Assembly (NCBI RefSeq): GCF_004010195.1
Contig: NW_025215376.1
Location: 1-64,000, forward strand
Source: Chiloscyllium plagiosum
Taxonomy: Eukaryota
Direction of reading: 5' to 3'
Length of the DNA stretch: 64,000 nucleotides
Positions within the stretch are counted from its first letter, which is position 1. Each line of letters begins with the position of its first letter. The notes under the pieces are model-generated. The model had not been told where the DNA came from. It was given only the letters and a program-made list of their open reading frames with translations, and did not search any database. Below, in pieces: positions 11,960 to 23,534 of this stretch. The position numbers and the translations under genes are program-made.

Positions 11960-12695
11960 ATTTTGGAAGGTTGAATTTGAATGCAGATTACAGGGTCAAA
12001 GGCAGGCTTCTTGGCAGTGTGGAGGAACAGAGGGATCTTGGGGTCCACATCCACCCAGGTTGATAGGGTTATTAAGGAGGCGTATGGTGTGTTGGCTTTC
12101 ATTAGCGGGGGATTGAGTTTAATAGCCGTGAGGTTATGCTGCAGCTCTATAGAGCCCCAGTTAAACCACATTTGGAATATTGTATTCAGTTCTGGTCGCC
12201 TCATGATAGGAAGGATGAAGAAGATTTAGAGAGGGTGCAGAGGAGATTTACCAGGCTGCTGCCTGGACAGGAGGGCATGTCTTATGAAGTAAGGTTAAGG
12301 GAGCTAGGGCTTTTCTCATTGGAGTGAAGAAGGACGAGAGGTGACTTGATAGAGATGTCCAAGATGATCAGAGGCATAGATAGAGTGGGTAGTCAGGGAC
12401 TTTTTCCAGGGTGGAAATGGCTATTGTGAGGGGGCATAATTTAAGGGGATTGGAGGAAGGTTTTGGGGAGATGTCAGAGGTAGGTTCTTTGCACAGAGAG
12501 TGGTGGGTGCGTGGATTAGACTGCCAGTGGTGGTAGTAGAGTCAGAGATGTTAGGGACATTTAAATGACTCTTGGATAGGCACATGGAAGGTAGTATAAT
12601 GAAGGGTATGTAGGTTAGTTTGATCTTAGAGTAGGATAAAAGGTTGGCACAACATAGAGGGCCGAAGAGCCTGTAGTGTGCTGTACTGTTCCATG
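11960..12695 (+). mobile_element. CR1 LINE 3' fragment
   Basis: PHLEYCIQFWSP and LERVQRRFTRLLPG motifs, plus a CR1 3' tail. Confidence 0.92.
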
Positions 12696-12976
12696 TTGAC
12701 CCTTCCTCTTGACCGATAACCTTCCTCACAAGTCTGTTGTAGGTACCTTCAGGAAATCCGTGTAAACCCCACCAGTAGCATCGCCGTTATCAACCCTTTT
12801 CGTTAAGTCATCAGAAAATGTCAGCATGTTAGTTATGTACAACTTCCCCTTAAGTTTTCCTAACCAACCTACCTTTTTCCAGATGACTACTAACTTTATC
12901 TCGAATAATTGTTGCGAGAAGCTATCCTGGAGTTAAGCAGACAAGGCAGAGAAAAATGTCAGGTATTTAGGTTATA

Positions 12977-13179
12977 CAGTCAGCTCTGCTATAACACAGT
13001 AGTTCCGTATTGTAAGAAAATTGCATAATAGCAGTGCCATTTAAACTAATGGGGCCAGAATCGTGTTATAACCAATACATGCTTTAAACGTTTGCACTAC
13101 AGAAACAGTATCCTCAATTCATCAATTATTTTATAGCAAATTCACATTAACGAAACACACATTATAGCAGAACAACCTG
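12977..13179. mobile_element. ~200 bp Tc1/mariner/Tigger-type MITE
   Basis: TA|CAGTCAGCTCTGCTATAAC ... TTATAGCAGAACAACCTG|TA: imperfect TIRs with a TA duplication, inside a satellite unit. Confidence 0.75.
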
Positions 13180-13464
13180 TATAGGTCTTACTCAGTATGG
13201 TGTAGAGACATCACTCTAATGACCAGTTGCCATGGTTATCAGGCTTTATAGGCCACGGTATGGGGGCACTTGCCATGAATATTTAGGTTTTTTTATAGGC
13301 ATCAGAATGAGCGGTTGCCATGAGTATTTGGGCTTTAAAATCTATCTGTGTCTGGGCTGGTACCATGAGTAATTAAGCTTCATAGGCCTCGGTTGGTTGC
13401 CATGGTTAGTTAGGCTTTGTAGGCCTCACTCTGTGTTGGATGGTTGGCATGGTTAATTTCACTG

Positions 13465-14780
13465 TATAGGAACAAAGGATCAAGAGTGAAGGAGGAATTG
13501 AAGGAAATCCTTATTAGTCAGGATATGGTATTAGAGAAACTGGTGGGATTAAAACCCAATAAATCCACAGGGCCTGATACTTTACATCCCAGAGTACTTA
13601 AGAAAGTGGCCCTAGAAGCAGCGGATGTATTGGTGATAACTTTCCAGCATTCTATGTACTCTGGAAGACTCCCTATGGAGTGGATGGGAGCTAATGTAAC
13701 TCCATTTTTAAAAGGAAAGGAGGGAGAGGGAAAACGGAATTATAGGTCAGTCAGCCTGATATCGTTGGTGGGGAAAATGCTGGAGTCAATTGTTAAGGAT
13801 GTAATAACTGAGTATTTGTAAAGTGGTGACAGAATCAGGCCCAGTCAGCATGGATTCACTGAAGGGAAATCATGCTTGACAAATCTTCTGGTGTTTTTTG
13901 AGGTTGTGACCAGTGGGGGTGGACAAGGTGGATCAGTGGATGTTGTGTATCTGGACTTCCAAAAGGCTTTTGACGAGGTTCCACACAAGAGATTAGTCAG
14001 GAAAATTAAATCTCAATGTATCGGAGAGAATGTATTGACGTGGATAGCGAGCTGGTTGGCAGACAGGAAGTGGAGAGTTGGAATAAACAGGTCCTTTTCA
14101 GAATGGCAGGCAGTGAGGAGTGGGATATTGCAGGGGTTCAGTGCTGGGACCCCAGCTGTTCACAATATACATTAACAAGTTGGACAAAGGAATTGAATGC
14201 CATATCGCCAAATTTACAGATGACACTAAGCTGGGTGGCAGTGTGTGCTGTGAGGAGGATGCTGGTAGGCTGCAGGGTGACTTGGAATTTGCTGAATGGG
14301 CAGTATAATGTGGATACATGTGAGGTTATTCAGTTAGGTGGCAAAAACAGGAAGGCAGATTGCTATCTGAATGGTGGCAGTTTAGGAAAAGGTGAGGTCA
14401 GTGAGACCTAGGGGTCATGGTGGAACAGTCATTGAAGGTTGGCATGCAGATGCAGCAGGGAAAGCTAATGCTGGCCTTCGTAGCAAGAGGATTTGAGTAT
14501 TGGAGTAAGGATGACAGGGCCTTGGTGAGGAAGAATTTCGTCACTCAGACATTTATGAACCTGTGGAATTTTCTACCACAGGAAGCTGTTGGGGCCAGTT
14601 TATTAGATATATTCATGAGGGAGCTGGACTTGGCCCTTGCAGCTAAAGGGATCAAGGGGTATGGAGAGAGTGAGGGAGTGGGAAACTGAAATTGCATGAT
14701 CAGCCATGATCATGTTGAATGGTGGTGCAGGCTTGAAGGGCTGAATGGCCTACTCCTGGACCAATTTTCAATGTTTCTAT
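13465..14780 (+). mobile_element. CR1 LINE RT fragment, decayed
   Basis: KSTGPD.LHPRVLK, YLDFQKAFD.VPH and KFTDDTKLGG motifs with frameshifts. Same subfamily as 56815-58420. Confidence 0.93.
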
Positions 14781-14964
14781 AGGCCTCACTCTGTGGGGTG
14801 AGAGCCATGGCTAGGTAGATTTTATACACCTCAGTAGGGACATGATTGTCATGGGAATTTAGGCCTCACTGAGTAGGGGGATGGTTGTCATAGTTAGTTA
14901 GGCTTTATAGGCCTCACGCTGTATGGGGCGGTTTTCATGCTTAGTTGGTTTTTCAAGTCTCACT

Positions 14965-15315
14965 GGGAAGCGATGGCCTAGTGGTCTTATCACTGGGCTG
15001 TTAATTCAGAGACCCATATAATGTTCTGGGGACCTAGGTTCAAATCCTGCCTTGGCAGATGGTGGAATTTGAAGTCAACGAATGAAAATCTGGAATTAAG
15101 AGTCTAGTGATGATCACGAATCCTTCGTTGTTTGTCAGAAAAATCCATCTGGTTCACTAACGATCTTAAGGGAAGTAAACCGCCATCCTTACTTGGTCTG
15201 GCCTACATGTGACTCCAGACCTACTATGTTGACTCTTAACTGCCCTATGGGTAATTAGGGATGGGTATTAAATGGTGCCTAGTCAGACATCCTCATCCCA
15301 TGAATGAATAAACAA
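14965..15315 (+). mobile_element. Second tRNA-derived SINE family
   Basis: Box A TGGCCTAGTGG, box B GGTTCAAATCC and core CTGGTTCACTAA...TGGCCTACATGTGACTCCAGA. The core recurs at ~41730, ~44690 and reversed at ~32855-33360. Confidence 0.75.
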
Positions 15316-15896
15316 AATCTCAGTATGGGGCAATTGCTGCAGGTACCTAGCCTTTGTAGGCCTCAGTCTGTGTGGAGGCAGTTGCCATGGGTAATTAGGC
15401 CATATACGCCTCACTCAGTATGGGGATATTTGCCATAGATTGTTTGGCTTTATAAGCCTCACTCACTTGATTGTCACTTGCCATGGGTAGTTAGGCTTTA
15501 TAGGCCTCAGTATGGGGATGGTTATTGTGATTAGTTAGGCATTATAGGTATCACTGTGTCTGGGAATAGTTGCCAAGGGTATTTAGGTTACACAGGCCCC
15601 ACTCAATATAGATCGGTTGCCATGGATAGTTAGGTTTTATGTGCCTCACTCTGTGTGAGGTAGTTGTCATAGGTAGTTAGGCTTTATAGGCCTCAGTATG
15701 GGGATGGTTATTGTGATGAGTTAGGCGTTATAGGCCTCACTGTGTCTGGAACTGGTTGCCAAGGGTATTTAGGTTATACAGGCTTCACTCACTATGCCTC
15801 ACTTGCCATGGGTAGTTAGGCTTTATTGGCCTCGGTATGGGGGCAATTATCATGGTTAGTTAGGTTTTATGGGACTCATTCTCGTGTGGGGGCGGT

Positions 15897-16123
15897 TGCT
15901 GCAATAACAGCACAGAGGTTAGTATCCCATCACCATGTCAGCCTTCATTTACCTGTGCACAGTACACTGGCTGAGGCCCAGCCAGCTCAGAGTCCGTCCC
16001 TGAACTGAGGAGATTCTAAATCCCGTATTAACATTGGTCAGCCAGGGCTTTCTGATTCACCCAGGTTAACAATCCCAGTCAAGGATCTCATAACCAATGA
16101 CATCCACCTCGTTCCACTCAACT
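15897..16123 (-). mobile_element. ~230 bp solo-LTR-like element, copy 2
   Basis: Direct repeat of 7890-8119. Confidence 0.65.
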
Positions 16124-16251
16124 GTTGCCATGGCTGTTCAGATTATATAGACCGCACTCACTGTTGGGCAGTTGCCATGGGTAGTCAGGCTTTATAGGCC
16201 TCATTCTATTTGAGGCAGTTGTCATGGATAATTAGGCTTTATAAGTCTTCC

Positions 16252-16425
16252 TTTTTTTTTCTTTTTTTTGTTTTTTTTCTTTTCTTTTTTTTTCTCTTTT
16301 TTTTTTCTTTCTTTTTTTTATTTTTTTCCCCCAGCACCCATGGTGTGTGTGCAGGTGTGAGACACAGTGAAAGACAAAAAGTGCACGAATCTTTATTCAA
16401 TTTCCATCACCAGGAAGATAGGAAA
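16252..16425 (-). mobile_element. Short poly(A)-tailed retro-insertion
   Basis: T-rich tract 16252-16326, TTTATT at 16392-16397, and the duplication TTATAAGTCTTCC at 16239 and 16426. Confidence 0.8.
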
Positions 16426-16934
16426 TTATAAGTCTTCCTCTGTGTGGGCTGGTTACCATGGGTAGTTAAGTTTAATTGACCTCAAGTACAGGGAAGCTTG
16501 TCATGGTTAGCTAGGCTTTTTAGGCCTCACTGTAGTATGGACATGGTTGCTATAGATATTTATAGGCCTCATTCAGTGTGCTATGGATAGTTAAACCTTC
16601 TAGGCCTCAGGTCTGAAGATGGTTGTTGTGGTGGTGGTCCATGGCTAAAGTTGATAAGGTGACTGCTTGGGGCATTTTTAGCTCACACAAGATCGCTGAA
16701 AATGTTAGACAGTTATGTACAGCAAATGTTCACGGCTAGACTTGTAGTCTCCATATAGATATACTGGATAAGAAGTTAATCAGGTTTCTATAAACAGGCA
16801 ATTGTAAACAGAAAAGCATTTTAATAAGGGGTGATTTTGTAAGGCCTAGTTTGGCCAAAGTCCCAAGTTCGTTATTTCGGAAAAGGTTGAAGGAAAAGTC
16901 TGATCCCTACGGTATTCGAAACTGTTTAGGTAAT

Positions 16935-17710
16935 TGTAGACTCACAGAGTCATGGAAAAACAGACCCTCTGGTCCAACCCGTCCATGCCGACCAGATATC
17001 CTAACCCCAATCTCGTCCCACCTGCCAGTACCCGGCCCATATCCCTCCAAACCCTTCCTATTCATATACCCATCCAGATGCCTTTTAAATGTTGCAATTG
17101 TACCAGCCTCCACCACTTCCACTGGNNNNNNNNNNNNNNNNNNNNNNNNNNNNNNNNNNNNNNNNNNNNNNNNNNNNNNNNNNNNNNNNNNNNNNNNNNN
17201 NNNNNNNNNNNNNNNNNNNNNNNNNNNNNNNNNNNNNNNNNNNNNNNNNNNNNNNNNNNNNNNNNNNNNNNNNNNNNNNNNNNNNNNNNNNNNNNNNNNN
17301 NNNNNNNNNNNNNNNNNNNNNNNNNNNNNNNNNNNNNNNNNNNNNNNNNNNNNNNNNNNNNNNNNNNNNNNNNNNNNNNNNNNNNNNNNNNNNNNCCTGC
17401 GACTCTACTTTCAAGGAGCTATGAACCTGCACTCCAAGGTCTCTTTGTTCAGCAACACTCCCTAGGACCTTACCATGAAGTGTATACGTCCTGCTAAGAT
17501 TTGCTTTCCCAAAAGGCAGCACCTCGCATTTATCTGAATTAAACTCCATCTGTCACTTCTCAGCCCATTGGTCCATCTGGTCCAGATCCTGTTGTAATCT
17601 GAGGTAACCCTCTTCGCTGTCCACTACACCTCTAATTTTGGTGTCATCTGCAAACTTACTAACTAAATGTCCAACTATATTCACATCCAAATCATCGATA
17701 GGAATGACGA
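16935..17710 (-). mobile_element. Young CR1 3' fragment spanning an N-gap
   Basis: MEFNSDKCEVL and TFKRHLDGYM match the CR1 at 48372-49295. Confidence 0.92.
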
Positions 17711-18598
17711 CATTTGTAAATTAGAATAGTAAACAACTAATTAGTGTGAATAGGTCAGTTGAACAAATGGTTATAGCTAACAAAGAGGCCCAATGGGAAG
17801 ATAAAGTAATAAATGGTAAAATAAAATGTAATGAAAGTAAACACAAACTTCAAAAGCACCGTTGGTACAGGAGAAAGGTTGTATAAAGAGAGATCCCAAC
17901 TTGGGAAAGATAAAAATTGAAACTTAAGTGCAGATGCAAATAATTCAGACAAATTCTTGCCTCCAAAGATCAAGAGAAGAGTTATGGAGACAGATTATAA
18001 AATACAGAATGAAGATATGGTTATGTCACTAGTTGTCTGTGGAACTTAAAACAAGTTTTGTTACATTGGTAGACTCGCAAAGCAATTGAATTTCCCTCTT
18101 ATCAGTGGAATGCGAATAGACGCTCTTATTAAGAAAAGATTTTGGAATGGAAAATGCTTAGAGTATAAATTTATTCAAGAATGAAGCTTCAGTTTAAAAT
18201 GCACTTGCAGTGTGTAAATAGCAGGGGGTGTAAAGTGCAGTCGCAAGTTAGAAGGACTGTTGTTTGATCTCAGGCTGAAGTGATAGAGGGGTTGTTCTCA
18301 ATTTGCCAGCTGCGTCACAGTATCTTTACATTCGAATTGACTTTATAATTGGTAGAAATTAATATCCGTCCTAATCTGCCAGACTAAAGGTAGTACAGAG
18401 TTCTTAGTGAAAAGCAAGGTTATTGGTAAATCATGCAGTGCAGTGGGCAAATGTCAGGGAAGGAATAAAACTAAGAAGCATTGTAAGATCCCAAAGACAG
18501 ATGATGGAAGTATCTGGTAGACACCATGAGATTATGGGAGGACGAAGGGTGGTGCATAGAGTTGTCCATCATTGACTGTGCATTTACTGAATTGGATG

Positions 18599-19244
18599 TG
18601 TTATGGACTAGGCCAGGCTACTCAAAACATTTCAAGGACGTAGGCCAGACCCTAACTTTGCTAGTTGTTTTAAGCAGGTGTGAAGTGTATTCAAGGAGAG
18701 ATGCAGCTGGTCAGCTTTAAGCAAAACAAAATTTATTTCCAGGATTACTGAATGAAACCCAAATGAAAGAGAACAGAATACCGAATAACTGAATCTATCA
18801 GAAAACCCAACAGGTTATCCCAACTTAATGGTGCTGTTCCAAATTCCTGCAACAATCCCCATAAACACCCCTTGGTAAAGAAGGAAAAATCAAACACTGG
18901 TTCTTACGGGAAAGCTGTCAGAGAGAGAGAGGATCAGCATGTACCTGCCTCTTTGGGTCCAGCAGCTTCACAACTGACTGACTGCTTTCAGTGAACAGCC
19001 AGATTGCTAAATTCAAACCAAAGCAAAAAAAAGCTGAGCAGGGAGCACTGGCCACTCCCCTTTCATTGTGCGACTGTTTGTTTTTAAACATGAAAGCCGT
19101 TTTTCCGAGGCAGTATCTGTTAGCTATCATCAAACTCGCCCTAAACCCCTTCAAACCTAGACATTTTGGAGCCTGTGTCTTTACGACCGCCTGAAAAAGA
19201 AACCAAGGACAACATAAACTTGCGAAAGATGCAGCATTGTCACA
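18599..19244. mobile_element. ~645 bp solo LTR
   Basis: TG...CA termini with a 4-bp target duplication GATG (18595-18598 and 19245-19248). Related copies occur elsewhere in the window. Confidence 0.8.
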
Positions 19245-20159
19245 GATGTATAGATCAGGGGGTGTGGCTAACAATGACGTCAATGTTGCATGTAATTATT
19301 GTAACACAAAGTGTATAAAAATGTATTTCGCTGGGGAAATCAGAGCGCCATTGACCTCCGATCTGAGCTGTAATTAAGAGGGCACCTGTGCTCCACATGA
19401 AAGCCATGTTTGGGGTGGTCTCTGGTTTCTTCCACATATAGAGCTCTGAATACAGGCAAGGCATATGGACAACAGAGCTCTCTATAAAGATCTCTTGTTC
19501 TAAAGAACACAGGTCTTATGATTTATCTTCGATGTTTACCCCCACAACAGTTGCCATGGTTAGTTAGCCTTTGAGGGCCTCAGTATGGGGACGGTTGCCT
19601 TGGGTAGTTAGACTTTACAGAACAGCACAGAAGTGGCCATTTCGTCCATTTTGTCCCTCATGGTAACCTCAGACAGTGCAAGAATTGAACCAGTGTTTTT
19701 TGGCGTTACTGTACTGCAATCCAGCTATCTAACCCCATCATCCAGATCGAATGAGAATATTATAGCAGCAGAAGTGAGTGAATCATTTGATGGAGTGTCC
19801 AAGCACCAAGAATGAGACAGTCAGGCTGCGGTATGTGGCGTGCCTGGATTGTTTGCTGTATGCTGTAAAGTTTACTGGAAGCCCCGTTCTTAACTCATGG
19901 GAGCTGTGCTTTTTTTAAAAAATCAGGCAGGGACTGCCTCAGCAGAAACAGAGTTTCAGTTCAAGACTTGTATTTATGGGTCAAGGCAGTGCCCTGAAAT
20001 ATGAACCAGAAAATGGCTGTCACATATCTGGTTGAGTTGAAACAGGCGTAGAGTTTAAACATTTTCCTTCCGTCTGCCAAGAGCAAGGCCCATATATTAA
20101 TACGCACAGGTCCAAGTATGTAGAAGTATTCTTTGGGTAATTGAACCAAGTGTGTCTTC

Positions 20160-20831
20160 ATGGTGGCTCAGTGGTTAGCACTGCTGCCCTGACCCAGGTT
20201 CGATTCCAGCCTCGGGGTGACTGTGCTACCCCGTGTCTGCGTGGGTTTCCTCTGGGTGCTCTGGTTTCCTCCCTCAGTCCAAAGATGTGCAGGTTAGGGT
20301 GGATTGTCCATGCTAAATTGTCCCATGGTACCCAGGGATGTGCAGGTTATGGTGGATTGGCCGTGCTAAATTGTCCCATAGTGCCCTGGGATGTGCAGGT
20401 TAGGGTGGACTGGCCATGCTAAACTGTCCCATAGTGTCCAGGGATGTTTAGGTTAGGTGCATTAGTCAGGGGTAAATATGGGTATATGTGGGATAATCTT
20501 TGGAGGATTGGTGTGGACTGAGGGGCCTGTTTCCACGCTGTAGGGATTCTATGTGAATGCAGAAAATGCCTTTTTGAGTCTGCACACACATACTGATATC
20601 GAAGCAACAATAACAACCAGCTCTCTCAGACATAGTGCCCAGGGATGTTTAGGTTAGGTGCATTAGTCAGGGGTAAATATGGGTTTATGTGGGATAATCT
20701 TTGGAGGATTGGTGTGGACTAAGGGGCCTGTTTCCACGCTGTAGGGATTCTATGTGAATGCAGAAAATGCCTTTTTGAGTCTGCACACACATACTGATAT
20801 CGAAGCAACAATAACAACCAGCTCTCTCAGA
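20160..20831 (+). mobile_element. HE1-type SINE with a multiplied 53-bp internal module, followed by a 201-bp tandem duplication
   Basis: The GATGTGCAGGTTA... module starts at ~20284, 20337, 20390 and 20443. 20430-20630 is repeated at 20631-20831. Confidence 0.85.
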
Positions 20832-21120
20832 ACTCGAAATATCAAAAATAGTCTTGTGAAAAGTGAGGAATATTCTAATCATTATTGAACCATGCTGATC
20901 AATGAGAGTGACAGAACTATTACTGATTGGGGTTCAAACTATTTTGGCACAGTGTAAATGACTCTAAGCTGCATAATAACACATTCATCTTATAAACCAA
21001 CTAATTAACAGACTTGGCTACTGTAATTGAACAGACACTGACCTGATCTCCATAACCAAGACTAACTTATACCTTATACCTTGTACCTTCCCCCCACCCA
21101 GTCTAATTCCAAGGGTCCCC

Positions 21121-22800
21121 TTTTAAATTAGTTCAGGAATGCTTTAGACGGACACTCCACCAATAGTCAAGTTGGATGGATTTGTTCACTAAATGACTCT
21201 CACTCAATAAGTTAATGAGGCCTTAGTTACTGGCTTTGCTCTAACGAAAGGTCACTGGACTCGAAACATGAACTCTTGCATTTTTTTCTCTCCCTCTCTT
21301 TCTCTCTCTTTGTGTGGGATACTTTACAAGACACATAGCTCAGAGTAGCAGCTGGGAGGTGGGACACAGTAACCGGTGAGTCTATAAATTTAGCGCAGTG
21401 CAGATTCGGGCCTCGTCTTTACACTTGTCTTGATGCGAGAGGCAGGACACAGTAACCGGTGAGTCTATAAATTTAGTGCGATGCGGATTCAGGCCTAACA
21501 TTCACACTTGTCTCGGTGTGAGAGGCAGGGACACAGTGACCGTTAAACCGCTGCACACTTAAATGTTGTGAGAGGCTTCTGATTGGTGCGTGCTGGTCAC
21601 CTGACAATTACTGATTAATCCCTCCTTATCCCAACAGGTTCAGAGCAGTGGGTACTTACGGGTAACCCTTTCATAACCTGACTTAGACCGGAGTAGGAAA
21701 TAGAGTCACAGAAACAGACCATTCAGTCCAACTCGTCCATAAAACCATAAGACATCGGAGCAGAAATCAGGCCATTCAGCCCATCGAGTCTGCTCCACCA
21801 TTCAATCATGGCTGATTTCTCAACACCATTCTCCCCGTAATCCGTGATCCCCTTGATACTCAAGAACCTATCTATCTTCATTTTAAATACACTCAATGAT
21901 CTGCCCTCCAGAGCTTCTGTAGCAATGAATCCCATAGATTTATGACTTTGGCTGAAGAAGTTTCTCTTCATCTCCATCCTAAAAGGTCTTCCCTTTGCTC
22001 TAAGGCTGTGCCCTCAGGTCCTAGTCTCTCCTACCAATAGGAATATCTTCTCAACATCCACTCCGTCCAGGCCATTCAGTATTCTGTAAGTTTCAATTGG
22101 ATACCACTCATTCTTCTAAACTCTTTCGAGTATAGACCCAGAGTCCTCAAACATTCTTCGTGTGTTAAGCTTTTCATTTATGGGATCATTCTCGTGAATC
22201 TCCTCCAGGGTCAGTCCATCCTTCCTGAGATATCAGTCCATGCTGACCACCTTTCCCAAACTGAACTAGTACCATTTTCCTGCTTTTGGCCCATATCCCT
22301 CTGAACCTTTCCTATCCATGTACCTGTCCAAATGTCTTTGGAAGGTTGTAACTGTAGCTGCATCTACCACTTCCTCTGGCAGTTCATTCCATAGATGCAC
22401 CACCCTCTGGGTGAAAAAGTTGCCCCTCCGGTCCCTTCCCTTCACTTTGACGGTTACTGTACCCCTGCCTCCAGGCTGCTCCAAGCTAAATGCCCTGTAA
22501 AGGCTAGGCCCGATTCTGCACCATGCTAGATTTATCGGCTCACCAGTTCCTGAGTCCCAGCCTTCCAGAGCTTCCTGATTCTTCCTGGTTCCTGCTCCAA
22601 GCTAAGTGGCTTGTAAAGTATCCCGCAGCGAATGAGAGAAGAGGTCAGAGTTCATGTTTCGAGTCTAGTGACCCTTCATCGGAGCAAAGGCAGTGATGAA
22701 GGCCTCGTTAACATAATGGGTGAGATTCATTTTAGTGAAGAATTTGGTCGCTATCCTCTGTAAAGTGCCTGTCTAAAGCATTCCTGAACTAAGTTTAAAA
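21121..22800. mobile_element. Unclassified element with long diverged inverted arms (~21121-21545 and ~22447-22800)
   Basis: The reverse complement of 22447-22800 aligns by eye with the left arm (AGTTCAGGAATGCTTTAGAC, GACTCGAAACATGAACTCT, GGGATACTTTACAAG, GGTGAG...ATAAAT.TAG). Confidence 0.75.
21700..22440 (-). mobile_element. Two nested CR1 3' fragments
   Basis: NFFTQRVVHLWNELPEEVV in the outer copy and MKRNFFSQ in the inner copy, each with its own tail. Confidence 0.85.
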
Positions 22801-23525
22801 AAATCACACAACACCAGGTTATAGTCCAACAGGTTTATTTGGAAGCACTAGCTTTCGGAGCACTGCTCCTTTATCAGGTGGTTGTGGAGAATAAGATCAT
22901 AGGACACAGAATTAACAGCAAAAGTTTACAGTGTGATGCAACTGAAATGATATATTGAAAAAGGCCCGAATTGTTTGTTAAGTCTCTCGTCTTTTAGAAT
23001 GGGCATGTTGGTTTCAGTTCTTTCATTTGTAAATCCCAGAAATAAAGTTACATTATTAAGGGAACTTTAACAATTGGTGCCCTGTCAGCCCAGATAATGT
23101 ACTGGGTGAGGGGCCCTGTGTGAGACTGTGCTGCAGTGTTCAGACCAATTCTAATCAAAATAGGGATTTACAGAATCTTACACAGATTTGTGCAGTTTCT
23201 GAGCAAAATAAAATGTAATTCAGCAAGTACAAATTCACCCCACAAAATTATATGTGTGTGTGGGTGTATCCGTGCGGCGGGGTATGAGTGTTTGTGAGAG
23301 AATTTGTGTATGTGTGTGAGTGTAAAGGGGTATAAGTCTGTGCAAGGATGCGTGTGCGCGTGTGAGTGTGGGAGTGTATGTGTGAGTGTATGAGAGAGAG
23401 CTTGTGTATGAGAGAGGGTCTGTGTGAGTGTATGGTTCTGCAGGAGTGTGTGAGTGTGAGTGGATGTGTGTATCTCTGTGTGTCTCTGTGTCTGTGTGTG
23501 TGTGTCTGTGTGTGGGTGTGTGTCT
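22798..23525 (-). mobile_element. Penelope-like terminal region (second family) with a GT-rich low-complexity tract
   Basis: AAAATCACACAACACCAGGTTATAG is shared with 53971-54569. The minus strand has a hammerhead-like CTGATAA-aGGAGCagtGCTCC-GAAAG. (GT/GA)n runs over 23250-23525. Confidence 0.55.
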
Positions 23526-23534
23526 CCTGAAAGA

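Larger units (their letters stand above)
7735..16620 (+). repeat. ~47-bp satellite array interrupted by TEs, with outlying units at ~19548-19620
   Basis: Many copies of ATAGGCCTCACTCAGTATGGGGCAGTTGCTATGGGTATTTAGGTTAT and shorter ~43-bp variants. Confidence 0.95.

Noticed and set aside
7735..16620. CRISPR-like or repeat-protein reading of the 47-bp array
   Set aside because: Units are contiguous and degenerate with no unique spacers or cas genes. The 47-bp unit is not a multiple of three, and the short ORFs are repeat artefacts.
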